DNA of 63,113 nt from an uncultured Hyphomicrobiales bacterium (GTDB lineage Bacteria > Pseudomonadota > Alphaproteobacteria > Rhizobiales > Rhizobiaceae): NCBI GenBank assembly GCA_963922635.1, contig CAWUJX010000001.1, forward strand, positions 1 to 63,113. The letters are read 5' to 3'. Below, piece after piece: positions 1 to 10,700 of the stretch (position 1 is its first letter; every line of letters starts with the position of its first letter). The position numbers and the translations under genes were made by a program. The notes under the pieces were generated by a model, which ran no database searches, was not told the origin of the DNA, and saw only the letters and a list, made by a program, of their open reading frames with translations.

Positions 1-2
1 CC

Positions 3-113
3 CTCAATTGGTCATTGGGTGCCGCCCTTGGCACGATCCTGTTGGTCGTCGTCCTGGTGCTTTACTGGCTCTATAACAAGCTGGTCGGCGTCGATAATCT
101 GAAATTCGGTTAG
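3..113 (+). CDS. ABC transporter permease, C-terminal fragment (gene begins upstream of window)
   Basis: Frame is open from the window edge to TAG 111-113. It translates to LNWSLGAALGTILLVVVLVLYWLYNKLVGVDNLKFG, a terminal hydrophobic helix typical of PotB/PotH-type permeases. A second permease gene follows 9 nt later. Confidence 0.6.
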   Translation, partial: LNWSLGAALGTILLVVVLVLYWLYNKLVGVDNLKFG

Positions 114-122
114 GAGCGCGAT

Positions 123-1196
123 ATGCCAATTTCTCAACGCATCAAGACACCCGGTTTCTACGCCCTTTTAGTAGCAACATTCGTTTTCGCGATTTCCACT
201 CAATCCGTTGCGGGAACAATTGGTTTTGCCATCCTGTTCGGCCTTCCGCTTTTCTTCATGAACCCATTGCCGCCTTACGCGACAATAGGTGAAAAAATCG
301 GGCATTATGCGTTTCTGGCAATCTGCACTATCATCTTCGTTTTCCTGATCCTGCCAATCCTGATCATCATGCCGCTCTCGTTCAATGCGGAACCTTATTT
401 CAGTTTCACAGAAGGCATGATGGCGCTCGACCCGGAGGCCTATTCGCTACGCTGGTACGCTGACATTTTCCGCTTCGGCATGACCGCACCGGATGCCGTT
501 GAAGGCTGGTGGGAAGACATGTGGAATAACGCCACATGGATACGCGCTTTCCGCAATTCTTTCTTTCTGGCGATCATGTCCACATTGCTGGCAACCTTCC
601 TCGGAACGCTCGCTGCCCTTGGCTTATCTCGTCCGGAAATGCCATTCCGCTCCGCGATCACAAGCCTGCTCATTTCTCCGATGATTGTGCCACTGGTAAT
701 CACCGCAACCGGCATGTTCTTCTTTTATGGTGGCACATTGAAAGGCTGGATCCCGTTTTATGAGGACGGTTTGGCGAAAACCTATCTTGGCCTCATCCTG
801 GCGCACACAACGCTTGGCGTACCTTTCGTGATTATCACGGTGACAGCCACGCTTTCAGGCTTTGACCGCTCACTCATTCGCGCCTCCCAAAGCCTTGGTG
901 CAAACGGGTTCACCACCTTCTTCAAGGTGATCATGCCGCTTATTTTGCCGGGTATGATTTCCGGTGCTTTATTCGCATTCATCACCTCGCTCGATGAAGT
1001 GGTTGCGGTCATCTTCATGGCTGATGTGGATCAGCGGACAATCCCGCGCCAGATGTTCTCCGGCCTGCGAGAGCAAATTAGCCCGACCATTCTTGCGGTC
1101 GCAACAATCCTCGTGGTGTTCTCAATCATACTTCTGACAACAGTGGAACTTCTGCGCCGCCGGTCAGAAAAGCTTCGCGGTCTTTCACCGGGCTGA
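123..1196 (+). CDS. ABC transporter permease (PotC/PotI-like) with extra N-terminal TM region
   Basis: 357-aa ORF with GGAG 6 nt upstream of ATG 123. It has many hydrophobic helices and a conserved cytoplasmic loop (DRSLIRASQSLGANGFTTFFKVIMPLILPG) typical of binding-protein-dependent transport permeases. Confidence 0.85.
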   Translation: MPISQRIKTPGFYALLVATFVFAISTQSVAGTIGFAILFGLPLFFMNPLPPYATIGEKIGHYAFLAICTIIFVFLILPILIIMPLSFNAEPYFSFTEGMMALDPEAYSLRWYADIFRFGMTAPDAVEGWWEDMWNNATWIRAFRNSFFLAIMSTLLATFLGTLAALGLSRPEMPFRSAITSLLISPMIVPLVITATGMFFFYGGTLKGWIPFYEDGLAKTYLGLILAHTTLGVPFVIITVTATLSGFDRSLIRASQSLGANGFTTFFKVIMPLILPGMISGALFAFITSLDEVVAVIFMADVDQRTIPRQMFSGLREQISPTILAVATILVVFSIILLTTVELLRRRSEKLRGLSPG

Positions 1197-1939
1197 TGAA
1201 CGGATTGGACAGCGTTGACGCTTTCCGGCGTTTAATCGACGAAGCTTCGAACATGGTCATCCTCACGGGAGCGGGCATTTCCACAGAATCCGGTGTGCCT
1301 GATTTCCGTTCCCCCGGCGGATTGTGGGAACAGTTTCGCATCGTTCAATATGGCGAATATGTTGAGAGCGAAGAAGCTCGCATCGAAGACTGGCATCGCC
1401 GCTTTTACATGAAAGATCAGATCGGTGCGGTGGAGCCCAATATCGGTCATAGGAAAATCGGCCAGTGGCTAAACGACGGCAAAGCAAAATGTCTGATCAC
1501 CCAAAATGTGGATGGCCTCCATCTGCGTGGCGGCGCACCGCCTGACAAGATCATAGAAATCCACGGTAACGCCACGACCGCTTCCTGCATCAGTTGCAAC
1601 CTTCACCATGAAATGGATGCTTGCCGAAAGCAGTTTGAGATCACAGGCATTGGTCCGCGTTGTGTCGCCTGCGGCGGCTTGGTGAAAGCCGATGTGGTTA
1701 TGTTCGGTGAAAGCATGCCCGCCAACAAAACAAACCGCGCATTTCAAATAGCTGAGACCGCCGACTTGTTTTTGGCGATTGGGACATCACTCGTGGTTCA
1801 ACCCGCAGCGGTCCTGCCGCTTCACGCCAAACGCAACGGCGCCAAATTCGCGATCCTCAACCGCGAACCCACAGAACTCGACCGCTTTGCGGATTGCGTG
1901 GTGAACGATGAAATCGGGGAAGTTTTGGGGGCGGTTTGA
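1196..1939 (+). CDS. cobB: NAD-dependent protein deacylase, Sir2 family
   Basis: Motifs GAGISTESGVPDFRS and QNVDGLH plus a CxxC...CxxC zinc ribbon (CISC, CVAC). 247 aa. The start overlaps the permease stop (ATGA). Confidence 0.9.
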   Translation: MNGLDSVDAFRRLIDEASNMVILTGAGISTESGVPDFRSPGGLWEQFRIVQYGEYVESEEARIEDWHRRFYMKDQIGAVEPNIGHRKIGQWLNDGKAKCLITQNVDGLHLRGGAPPDKIIEIHGNATTASCISCNLHHEMDACRKQFEITGIGPRCVACGGLVKADVVMFGESMPANKTNRAFQIAETADLFLAIGTSLVVQPAAVLPLHAKRNGAKFAILNREPTELDRFADCVVNDEIGEVLGAV

Positions 1940-2016
1940 TGAGCGGGTGTGTGGGCAAACGATGAATTCGCTCGGCTACGCCAATGTCTGCTAACCGGCT
2001 ATCAAGGTGATTTTGC

Positions 2017-2505
2017 CTAGATTTGTTTCTCGGATACCGAATAATCCTGAAGATAAGCACTCAAGCCGTCAGTGGTTGATTTTTTACCGCCCAGTAATTG
2101 ATTAGCCCATACTCCAACTTCAAACTGGACGATGTTCATCTCCCAGATACAGCCAACCACTTCCCTGACCCCATCTCCGAATTGTGTCGGCGCATCCCAG
2201 CTTGCCCTCATCTGATCGAGATGGGCCAAAACGCTGCCCCACTGCCAATAAAATACCGGAGAGACAACAGCCACTTCAGCAAAGTGAATAATTTGAAACG
2301 CAACGCCTTGGTTGCCCGTCTCATCGTTCAATGACCCAGCATCTGGCAGCCGTTTCAAAGCTTCCTCAGCAGCTGCAGTAGCTATAGCTTCATTGAACGC
2401 TCTTCCGTCGGCAAGAATGGCATACCTTTTCAGATACCATCCGCTACTTTCGACAAGTGGAAGGTTCAAAACTGGGCGTGGTCGATATGGTTGCAAACTG
2501 TTCAA
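2017..2505 (-). CDS. hypothetical protein
   Basis: 162-aa ORF with no motif I recognise. The ORF-track start is a TTG codon, so the true start is uncertain. Confidence 0.4.
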   Translation of the reverse strand: MNSLQPYRPRPVLNLPLVESSGWYLKRYAILADGRAFNEAIATAAAEEALKRLPDAGSLNDETGNQGVAFQIIHFAEVAVVSPVFYWQWGSVLAHLDQMRASWDAPTQFGDGVREVVGCIWEMNIVQFEVGVWANQLLGGKKSTTDGLSAYLQDYSVSEKQI

Positions 2506-2639
2506 ATGAAACCCCTAAATACAGTCGGTCGAGCCTAACTCGACCTGCATCAAAACGCGAATCAAAAGCCTTTGACGCTCGCTAAGCTGACGTTTGTCCA
2601 TCGTGCAGCTTCGGTTAAAATAAGCTCAAATCACCACCC

Positions 2640-3287
2640 TCACCCACCAAACGTCACTCCCTCTTCTCCGGTCCGCCATTGATCATATTTCGTCATGATC
2701 GCTTTGAAACGCTCGCTCTCCAAGAACGCCTCTAGCCATTGGATCACGTTCGTCCAGTCCTGCGCCCAGAACCAATCCCGGTCCACATGCGCGAATTGAC
2801 GGATGAAGGGCAGGATCGCCAGATCGGCAAATGAAATCTTGTCCCCAAACAGAAAACTGCGTCCATCCAGTTGCTCATTTAGCCGGCGAATGAACTGCGC
2901 ACCGGCCTCTCGCTGTTCGTCGCGCTCCACCCCATCATACCGATTTGGATATTTGTAACGATCAAGCGCCGCCTTGAATGGTCCATCATTCTCCGCAATC
3001 AAAGCATCCATCTTGCGAAGCGTAGCGGCATCGAAATCCCGCAGCCCATCGGGGTCGTTCTGCGCAATCGCCCAATGCATCACATCGATGCTTTCATCAA
3101 CCACTTCTCCGTTGGCACACACAAGAACCGGAACCGTCGCCTTGGGGCTGGCTGTGATCATCTCCGCTGGCTTGTCACGCAACACGACTTCCCTGAGTTC
3201 AACGCTCGTCTTAGACGCAGAAATCGCCAAGCGTGCACGCATCGCATAGGGGCAGCGGCGAAACGAATACAAGACGGGCAAAGGCAT
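2640..3287 (-). CDS. glutathione S-transferase family protein
   Basis: The internal ATG at 3287 gives MPLPVLYSFRRCPYAMRARLAI..., a GST/glutaredoxin-2-like N-terminal thioredoxin fold with a CPY motif, followed by a helical C-domain. The 60-aa ORF-track extension upstream looks non-coding. Confidence 0.8.
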   Translation of the reverse strand: MPLPVLYSFRRCPYAMRARLAISASKTSVELREVVLRDKPAEMITASPKATVPVLVCANGEVVDESIDVMHWAIAQNDPDGLRDFDAATLRKMDALIAENDGPFKAALDRYKYPNRYDGVERDEQREAGAQFIRRLNEQLDGRSFLFGDKISFADLAILPFIRQFAHVDRDWFWAQDWTNVIQWLEAFLESERFKAIMTKYDQWRTGEEGVTFGG

Positions 3288-3443
3288 GGACGCACCGGAC
3301 TTTTCAACAGCAATGGATGACAAATAAATTTTCCCTTGAAATTTGTCTATTCGATTTCCGTGGTATGGTGTTCGCCAGTGATTCGCGTACCGGACCAGGG
3401 GCAACTGGAAACGAAACCACACATGCATCATACGGGGGATGTC

Positions 3444-4613
3444 ATGGCACAAAATGCGGCAAAACAAGAGTCAAGTGTTCACTTGGCGGCAACAACAACG
3501 GGCTTTGACCAGGAAACAATCACCGCCAACAATGACGTTGTATGCAATTCCAACGACCAATCGATTGATCAATTACGATCCAAGATAAAGGCAGCGCGGC
3601 TTGAAAAGCTGATGGCTCGCCAGTTGGAAAGCGAATTGTCGATTGAAGAGATCGATTTTGAACCAAGCCTGGAAGCGCTTGATCTCACACCAAACGAGGA
3701 CGTGTTTTCAGAGGCGGAAGCAGAAACCGAAATGCAAACGCCGGCAACCAAAGCTCGCGGCTTATTTCCAAGGCGCTCGCGTGTTGAGCTGACCGAGCGT
3801 AGCAGCGAGATCGACCCACGGAGCCGCTTCAAAACCCAACGTCAGGATTGCGAAAAACTGCTGTTGGAGTTTCAGGAACACTCACGTTTGATGACGAGAA
3901 TTTCCGACAAATCAAACAGCTTTCTCGACTATCTCAACCGCATCGAGCAAGAATTTGTCGCCATGGATTCCATGGAATTGGAAATTCGTGAAAAGACACG
4001 CGAATTGGAGCGGATCGAAAAACAACGGGTCGAGCATCGCGCTTTGGTTGAGAAGCAAAGCAAACAAATCGAATTGCTCGAAACCATGCGCCAATCAAGC
4101 GCCAACAATTATGAAGAGACAAAGCGCCAACTGGAAGAATTGCAAGCTCAGACTGAGAACCAGTCGAACCAGTTAAATGAGGCCAACGCACTCATCGCGC
4201 GGTATGAACGCGAAGCCCTTACGGCGAACGAGAAACTCGACACCATGCGTTCTGATTTCGAAAAGGCAAATGCGAGCGTAAATGCACTGAGGCGTCAAAC
4301 TCAGGATCAGGATCGGCAATTGAGCCATGCCTTGAGCGAACTCAATGAGGTTTCGGCACACAACGAGCAGACCCTGCACGAATTATCGAGCCTTCAAATC
4401 AAGTACAACACGCTCAACAAGAAGGCTCTTGAGCAGCAAGGACAACACTATTCTCGGATTTCAGAATTGGAAGAAGCGTTGCGCCGTGCAAAGTCACAGA
4501 TCGAACAGAGCAATCGAGAAAAATCTGACCTGAAACACGAGCTGGAAGCTGCAAACAACCTGCTTGTCCTGCATGAGGACATGATCGCAGCACTCACACC
4601 GCAAAATCGATAG
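3444..4613 (+). CDS. coiled-coil protein, function unknown
   Basis: Long heptad-like E/Q/K/L-rich sequence (e.g. ELERIEKQRVEHRALVEKQSKQIELLE). ATG 3444 is preceded by GGGGGA; the ORF-track start at 3336 is TTG. Confidence 0.6.
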   Translation: MAQNAAKQESSVHLAATTTGFDQETITANNDVVCNSNDQSIDQLRSKIKAARLEKLMARQLESELSIEEIDFEPSLEALDLTPNEDVFSEAEAETEMQTPATKARGLFPRRSRVELTERSSEIDPRSRFKTQRQDCEKLLLEFQEHSRLMTRISDKSNSFLDYLNRIEQEFVAMDSMELEIREKTRELERIEKQRVEHRALVEKQSKQIELLETMRQSSANNYEETKRQLEELQAQTENQSNQLNEANALIARYEREALTANEKLDTMRSDFEKANASVNALRRQTQDQDRQLSHALSELNEVSAHNEQTLHELSSLQIKYNTLNKKALEQQGQHYSRISELEEALRRAKSQIEQSNREKSDLKHELEAANNLLVLHEDMIAALTPQNR

Positions 4614-4665
4614 AAACGCTCATTATCCGTTTTAACTAGGTTTCAGGATCGCCCCAGCCTGAATC

Positions 4666-5646
4666 TTAGCTTCCAGCATTTGACCGACGGGCATGCTCTA
4701 TGCGTGCACGGCGTTTCTTTTCCCGCTGAGAAAGCTGGTCAGCGGCGATATGTTGTTCACCGCGGGCCTTCGCCAAATCAATCTGCCGCTGGCGCTCAGA
4801 AAACCGCGCCCGCTGCGCGTCACTCATTTTCCCATGGCATTTGGGGCAGGAAATGCCCGGCGCATAATGCGGATGCAATTTGTCATCGGAGGTTATGGGA
4901 TGCCGACATGCATGACACAGATCGTATGGTCCGGGCTCCAGGCCATGCCCGACACTTACACGCTGGTCGAACACAAAGCATTCGCCATCCCAAAGGCTTT
5001 CGCTTTCCTCAACCGTTTCAAGATATTTTAATATCCCGCCATCGAGGTGATATACGTTCTCAAAACCTCGGTCTTTGAGCAGAGATGTTGATTTTTCACA
5101 GCGAATACCGCCCGTGCAAAACATTGCGATCTTCGCGTCTTTTTTAAGATCGCTCTGCTGATCAAGCCAGTCCGGGAACTCTCGAAAACTGGTTGTTTCC
5201 GGGTTGATTGCACCTTTGAATGTGCCAATCTCGACTTCGTAATCGTTCCGCGTATCAATCACCACAACGTCCGGGTCACTGATCAAGGCATTCCAGTCTG
5301 CTGGAGAAACATACTCGCCAACGGTTTTCGTTGGACTAACTCCAGCCACACCGAGGGTGACGATCTCTTTCTTGAGACGCACCTTCATCCGATAAAACGG
5401 GTTTTCTTCTGCCCAACTTTCCTTGTGCTCAAGATCGGTAAGGCGCGAGTCTGACTTCAGGTGGGAGAGCAATGCTCTTATCCCTGCTTCCGGTCCGGCC
5501 ACTGTCCCATTGATGCCTTCGTTTGCCAGAAGTATTGTCCCCATAATCCCCTGCTCAGATGCAAAGGACTGGATTCCAGCCTGCAATTCAGCGAAGTCAG
5601 GCAAGGAAACAAATTTATAGAATGCAATGACCAAAATGGATGGCAT
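4666..5646 (-). CDS. trhO: rhodanese-domain tRNA uridine(34) hydroxylase (UPF0176/YceA family)
   Basis: N-terminal FYKF motif, rhodanese active-site loop CTGGIRCEK, and a C-terminal Cys cluster (CHACRHP...CPKCHG). ATG at 5646; the ORF-track start at 5682 is TTG. Confidence 0.85.
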   Translation of the reverse strand: MPSILVIAFYKFVSLPDFAELQAGIQSFASEQGIMGTILLANEGINGTVAGPEAGIRALLSHLKSDSRLTDLEHKESWAEENPFYRMKVRLKKEIVTLGVAGVSPTKTVGEYVSPADWNALISDPDVVVIDTRNDYEVEIGTFKGAINPETTSFREFPDWLDQQSDLKKDAKIAMFCTGGIRCEKSTSLLKDRGFENVYHLDGGILKYLETVEESESLWDGECFVFDQRVSVGHGLEPGPYDLCHACRHPITSDDKLHPHYAPGISCPKCHGKMSDAQRARFSERQRQIDLAKARGEQHIAADQLSQREKKRRARIEHARRSNAGS

Positions 5647-5740
5647 TTTAAGTCTCGTTGGTTTTAAGCTGGATACATACAAAAATTAGCGCAAAGAAAA
5701 AGCAATTTTTGCAGATGGTCTGAACAGACGATACTTCGTA

Positions 5741-6967
5741 TCAGGTTTTGGTAATGACCGCGCGGACCCGTTTTGTGCGACTAGACTGTTTTTCCGTCCC
5801 ATTGGCCGGCGCTTTAGCATCCTTGCGCTCTCGCTTTGACAACTCCGCCTGGAGCCTTGCAACCTGTTTAGCGAGATGTTTATTCTCTTTCAGGACTGCA
5901 CGCTGCTCAGCTTTCGCGGTTTTCATGGCAGCAGCATCGGATTTTCTCTGCGTTTGCAAATCTGCAATCCTGTGATCACGCTTGGTGACCTTTGTAAGTT
6001 CGCGAAGATTTGCAGCCTTTGCAGCCGATAACTCCTTTTCAACAGCCACAAGGGCGGCCTTGGTTGCTTTATGGGCGTGACGCTCAGACTGAAACTCATC
6101 CATCGCACGATCAGCCTCACTTGACGAATGAGTAATCGTCTGGCGAAGCGCGGCCTTATCGGCTTCAAGGCTTTGAATTTGCGCTTCAAGCACAGCAAGC
6201 TTTTTCTCACGCAGCGCAATTTCTTCCTGGCTGATGGCCTTATAACCTGCCAAATCCTCACGAGACACATCCAACCGAGAATTCAGGTCCGCGAGTTCAC
6301 CCTGCAAACGGTCAACATGTTTAGCGGACGCAGCAAGTTCGTTCTGCATCGTCTCACGATATTCCACATCCGCTTTAAGCAACGCCTGAAGTTCCGCGAT
6401 CGTATCGCTTGCCGCTTTCGCCTCAGCACGCAGTTCAGCAGTTACAGTCTGCTCGCTTTTCAAATCACCCGCAATCTGTGACTGAGCGACACCCAATTTT
6501 GTATTCGTAACCCGCTCATTTTCAAGAAACGTCGACTTCTCGATCAACTCAGATTTAAGGGCGATTACCTGACCGCTCAGAAACTCAACTTTCTGAGACA
6601 AGGTGGCAACGTCCACATGGGAACGCTGAAGGCCAGCCCGCGTTTCTTTGAGCCGATCACATTGAGCATCGTATTTTTGCTTGAGACTTGATAATGCACT
6701 CTGGCCTTGCTCAACGTCGATGGTCAAAGAGGCCACCTGCTCCATAAGCGAAGTGTTCTCTTCCCGCAGCTGCTCCTGCCCTTCGAGCCCATTGCGGGTC
6801 TTTTCAATCAGGGCGCGCAATCCTTCCAGATGCGTCTGCCATTGTGTAGCCCGCTTATCATCGTCTTTTATGTCTTCGGCATATTGGTCGATCTGTTCAA
6901 TGAACAAATCAAGTTTCATATTCCCGATAGCTGAACCCATGCCACAGGGCACTTTCTGCGGAGGCAT
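5741..6967 (-). CDS. coiled-coil protein, function unknown
   Basis: About 400 aa of continuous coiled-coil-type sequence (LQ..L..L, E/K/A-rich). The ORF-track start at 7162 is GTG only 14 nt from the divergent Lrp gene. In-frame ATGs occur at 6967, 6940 and 6919, so the start is uncertain. Confidence 0.55.
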   Translation of the reverse strand: MPPQKVPCGMGSAIGNMKLDLFIEQIDQYAEDIKDDDKRATQWQTHLEGLRALIEKTRNGLEGQEQLREENTSLMEQVASLTIDVEQGQSALSSLKQKYDAQCDRLKETRAGLQRSHVDVATLSQKVEFLSGQVIALKSELIEKSTFLENERVTNTKLGVAQSQIAGDLKSEQTVTAELRAEAKAASDTIAELQALLKADVEYRETMQNELAASAKHVDRLQGELADLNSRLDVSREDLAGYKAISQEEIALREKKLAVLEAQIQSLEADKAALRQTITHSSSEADRAMDEFQSERHAHKATKAALVAVEKELSAAKAANLRELTKVTKRDHRIADLQTQRKSDAAAMKTAKAEQRAVLKENKHLAKQVARLQAELSKRERKDAKAPANGTEKQSSRTKRVRAVITKT

Positions 6968-7176
6968 GGCGTCATCGCTGGAAACCGCTTCTTCGGGCTG
7001 ATAACGCTCAGAACGCTTCGAGCGCTTATCATTTAAAAAGGAATTAAAGGGCACCGCCACTCCCCATGTAACCGATATACGAACCCTGCCCCAAGAATTC
7101 GAATCACCCTCGTCACTGTCCGCCTTGCAAACAGGTTTGTAAAGTTCGATGGTGCGTTTCACAGCGTAAGAGACTA

Positions 7177-7644
7177 ATGAAACTCATGAAACTCGACGAA
7201 ACCGATCTTAGAATTCTCCGGCTACTGCAGGAAAAGGCCGATCTTCCGATTGCAGAACTCAGCGAACAAGTGGGGCTCAGCCATACGCCGTGCTGGCGCC
7301 GCATTCGCAAACTCGAAGATGCAGGGATCATAAGTGGAAGAAGGGTTGTTCTTGATGCGCGCCTTGTCGATCTCGATGTTTCAATCTTCGTTTTCGTTAA
7401 ACTCGATATCCATTCTTCAGAAACACTGGACGCTTTTGAGAAAGCCACCCGCTCAGTTGCAGAAATCATGCAATGCTACACGATGAGCGGCGAGTTCGAT
7501 TATCTGATGCGTGTCGTGGTGCGCTCCGTGCGTGAGTACGAAAAGACTGTGAAAGGGAAGCTGCTGAAATTGCCACATGTGGGCACAATGAACTCACATT
7601 TCGCACTGAATGAGATCAAAAATGCCACAGCACTTCCTCTCTAG
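7177..7644 (+). CDS. Lrp/AsnC family transcriptional regulator
   Basis: LDETDLRILRLLQEKADLPIAELSEQVGLSHTPCWRRIRKLEDAGII forms an HTH, followed by a RAM/ligand-binding domain. Confidence 0.9.
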   Translation: MKLMKLDETDLRILRLLQEKADLPIAELSEQVGLSHTPCWRRIRKLEDAGIISGRRVVLDARLVDLDVSIFVFVKLDIHSSETLDAFEKATRSVAEIMQCYTMSGEFDYLMRVVVRSVREYEKTVKGKLLKLPHVGTMNSHFALNEIKNATALPL

Positions 7645-7669
7645 TTCAAGTTTCCCTTTGAAATTGTTG

Positions 7670-7704
7670 TTTCATCCTATCAGAGAGCTAAAATTAGGAT
7701 GAAA
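7670..7704. promoter_or_regulatory. 9-bp perfect inverted repeat (TTTCATCCT-N17-AGGATGAAA) in the Lrp-IOR intergenic region
   Basis: Read directly from the sequence. It lies about 95 nt upstream of the IOR start codon, so it is a possible operator or Lrp-type site. Confidence 0.35.
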
Positions 7705-7797
7705 TGCTACAAATGCGTTGATGTGACTTCAATTTTGGACTGTAAATTCTCGTCGGTTCGGTCATTATAAATTTACAGGAATCTCAGGGAGGCCCGC

Positions 7798-10700
7798 ATG
7801 GGTGAGACTACGCCGACGCAAACAATCTTGAGTGAAACCAACATCACGTTGGAAGACAAATATACCGCCACCGAAGGCAAGGTCTTCATGAACGGTACGC
7901 AAGCCCTCGTTCGGTTGCCAATGGTTCAGATGCGGCGGGATAAAGAGGCGGGCCTTAACACGGGCGCATTCATTTCAGGATATCGTGGATCCCCTATCGG
8001 CGCTTATGATTTTGCCCTTCATCAGGCAAAAAAACACCTCGATAAGCACGGGGTTGTTTTCCAGCCCGGCATAAACGAGGACCTCGCTGCAACAGCCGTA
8101 TGGGGCACACAACAACTGGATACGACGCCGGGCGCGAATAAGGACGGCGTTGTCGGTTACTGGTATGGAAAAGGCCCCGGCGTGGATCGCAGCGGTGATG
8201 TGTTCAAACATGCAACCTCTGCCGGAACACATAAAAACGGCGGAGTACTTGCTTTCGCGGGCGATGATCACACAGCAAAATCTTCGACAGTTGCACATCA
8301 ATCTGACCATGCATTCATGGCGGCAATCATGCCCATGCTCTTCCCGTCAAGCGTACAGGAATTCGTTGAGCTTGGCTTGTTTGGGATTGCAATGTCTCGC
8401 TATTCAGGCCTCTGGGTGGGTTACAAGGTTATTGCCGATACGATTGAGACCACCGGGGTTGTCGATCTCTCCAATGAAAACCGGAAGTTCATTGTCCCAT
8501 CCGACTTTGAAATGCCGGAGGGCGGGCTTAATTTGAGATGGCCGGATGGCATCCTGGAACAAGACGAACGCTTGCAGGAGCATAAGGGATACGCGGCGCT
8601 TGCGTTTGCTCGGGCAAACAAAATCGACCAATTGGTGTTTGACAGCAAGAAACCAAGGTTTGGGATCGTTGCCTCTGGCAAGGCCTATGAGAACGTTCGT
8701 GAAGCACTTCGCCAATTGGGCATTGATGAAAAGACAGCAGATGAAATTGGGCTTCGGCTTTACAAGGTACGCATGCCTTGGCCCTTGGAACCCGAAGGTA
8801 TTCGCCACTTCTCGGAAGGTCTTGAAGAAGTGCTTGTGATCGAAGAGCGCCGGGAGATCATCGAACACCAGATCAAACAGCAATTGTTCAACTGGCGCGC
8901 CGATGTGCGCCCTCGCATCGTTGGGAAATTCGATCATGAAGATCGGCACATCCTCAAACTCAACGAAGAAATGACTGCAGGCGTGGCAGTAAGGGCCATC
9001 TCTTCAAGGCTTCTCACATTTGACCTTCCTGGAGGAATTGCAAATCGTATCAAGCAGAAGCTTGCCTATTATGAAGAGCGCGCTGCCGTGCGCAAAAAGC
9101 ACGAAGCGCCCGTTACCAGAACAGCGCATTTCTGTTCGGGTTGCCCGCACAATACCTCAACAAAAGTTCCCGATGGCAGCCGCGCCATGGCAGGAATTGG
9201 TTGTCACTTCATGTCCGTTTGGATGGACCGGAACACTGAAACTTTCTCGCATATGGGCGGGGAAGGTGTAAGCTGGACTGGCCTTTCTCATTTCACCGAC
9301 GAAGAGCATGTGTTCGCGAACCTGGGTGACGGAACCTATTATCATTCAGGGCTTATGGCAATCCGGGCGGCGGTCGCTTCAAAAGCAAACATAACCTACA
9401 AAGTTCTGTTCAATGACGCGGTGGCCATGACCGGCGGACAAACCCACGACGGACCACTTGATCCACCAACCATATCACATCAGCTCAAATCCGAAGGCGT
9501 AAAGGAAGTCTGGCTGATCTCCGATGAACCCGAACGCTATGCCAAGTCGAGCTTTGCTCCCGGCACACAAGTGCGGTCCCGCGATCACATCGAGGAAGTC
9601 CAGAAACATCTACGTACCATTAAAAGCTGCACTGCAATCATTTATGATCAGACCTGCGCAGCGGAACTACGTCGCAGACGCAAGCGCGGCCTCGCACCCG
9701 ACCCCGACAAGCGAGCTTTCATTAACTCACTCGTCTGCGAAGGATGCGGCGACTGTTCGGTACAATCAAACTGCATTTCCATTGAACCGCTGGAGACCGA
9801 GTTTGGCCGCAAGCGGAAGATCAACCAATCTTCCTGCAACAAGGATTTTTCTTGCGTTGAAGGGTTTTGTCCATCGTTTGTGACTGTGCATGGCGGCAGC
9901 TTGAAGAAACCCACCCTTCCCGAGTTGGACGCTTCAGACCTACCTGAACCCAAGATTGCACAGCTGGATGATGTCTATAACGTTGCCATCACCGGCGTTG
10001 GCGGAACAGGCGTCCTGACGATCGGTGCAATCCTCGGTATGGCAGCCCACATCGAAAACAAAGCTGCGATCATTCTTGACATGGCCGGACTTGCACAAAA
10101 AGGTGGCGCAGTCCTAAGCCACGTACGCCTCGCAACCGATCCGGAGTTGGTCACTGCACCACAAATCGTAACAGGTGAGGCTGACCTTCTACTCGCCGCT
10201 GATACCGTTGTCGCTTCCGCTCAAAGCTCGGTCGCGCTCTTCAGCCCTGAGAATACAAACGCAGTACTGAACACTCATCTCAATCCAGTCTCGAACTTCA
10301 TCTTTGACCGCGACTACGATTTCCGAGAGGTGGGCGTCGTGGATACGATCAAGCAGCATGTACGCGAAGACCTCAGCCAGGTTGATTTCACCAAATTGGC
10401 TGAAAACGTCTGCGGCGACGCAATCGCAACCAACATCATGATGGTGGGATATGCTTGCCAAATGGGTTTGCTACCCGTTGCGCCTCAATCAATTGAAAAA
10501 GCAATTGAGTTGAATGCGGTTGCCGTAAAAGCCAATAAACAGGCATTTAACTGGGGACGTAAATTTGCCGCAAACCCGGAAGAAGCGTTACGCATTCTCG
10601 AACGCACCAGACCACAGGCGCAAGAACCCGACACACTCGAAGAAGTGATCGATCGACGTGCAGAATTCCTCACTGATTATCAGGATGAAAAATACGCGCG

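Noticed and set aside
1196-1939. Sir2-domain protein considered as a possible defence effector (Thoeris/DSR/HerA-SIR2 style).
   Set aside because: Its size (247 aa), CobB-type zinc ribbon and motifs fit the housekeeping deacylase. It is translationally coupled to an ABC permease in core context, with no partner ATPase, TIR or sensor gene.
2527-2545. GGTCGAG-CCTAA-CTCGACC hairpin between the GST gene and the 162-aa ORF, considered as a terminator.
   Set aside because: It has only a 7-bp stem and no U-tract on the relevant (minus) strand, so it could be chance. It is not listed as a feature.
2640-3467. Long N-terminal extensions in the ORF track. Examples are GST from 3467, trhO from 5682, tctA from 31272, ALDH from 34288, ATP-grasp from 28093 and the secreted proteins from 54709 and 56811.
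   Set aside because: The track begins at the most upstream ATG, GTG or TTG. Internal starts restore canonical family N-termini, signal peptides, RBS spacing or 1-4-nt operon junctions, and they avoid overlaps with neighbouring genes.
8404-8949. 181-aa antisense ORF inside the IOR gene. Similar shadow ORFs occur at 7975-8310, 9648-9953 and 10189-10461.
   Set aside because: It lies entirely within a strongly supported 1170-aa gene on the opposite strand and has a low-complexity composition. These are typical shadow ORFs.
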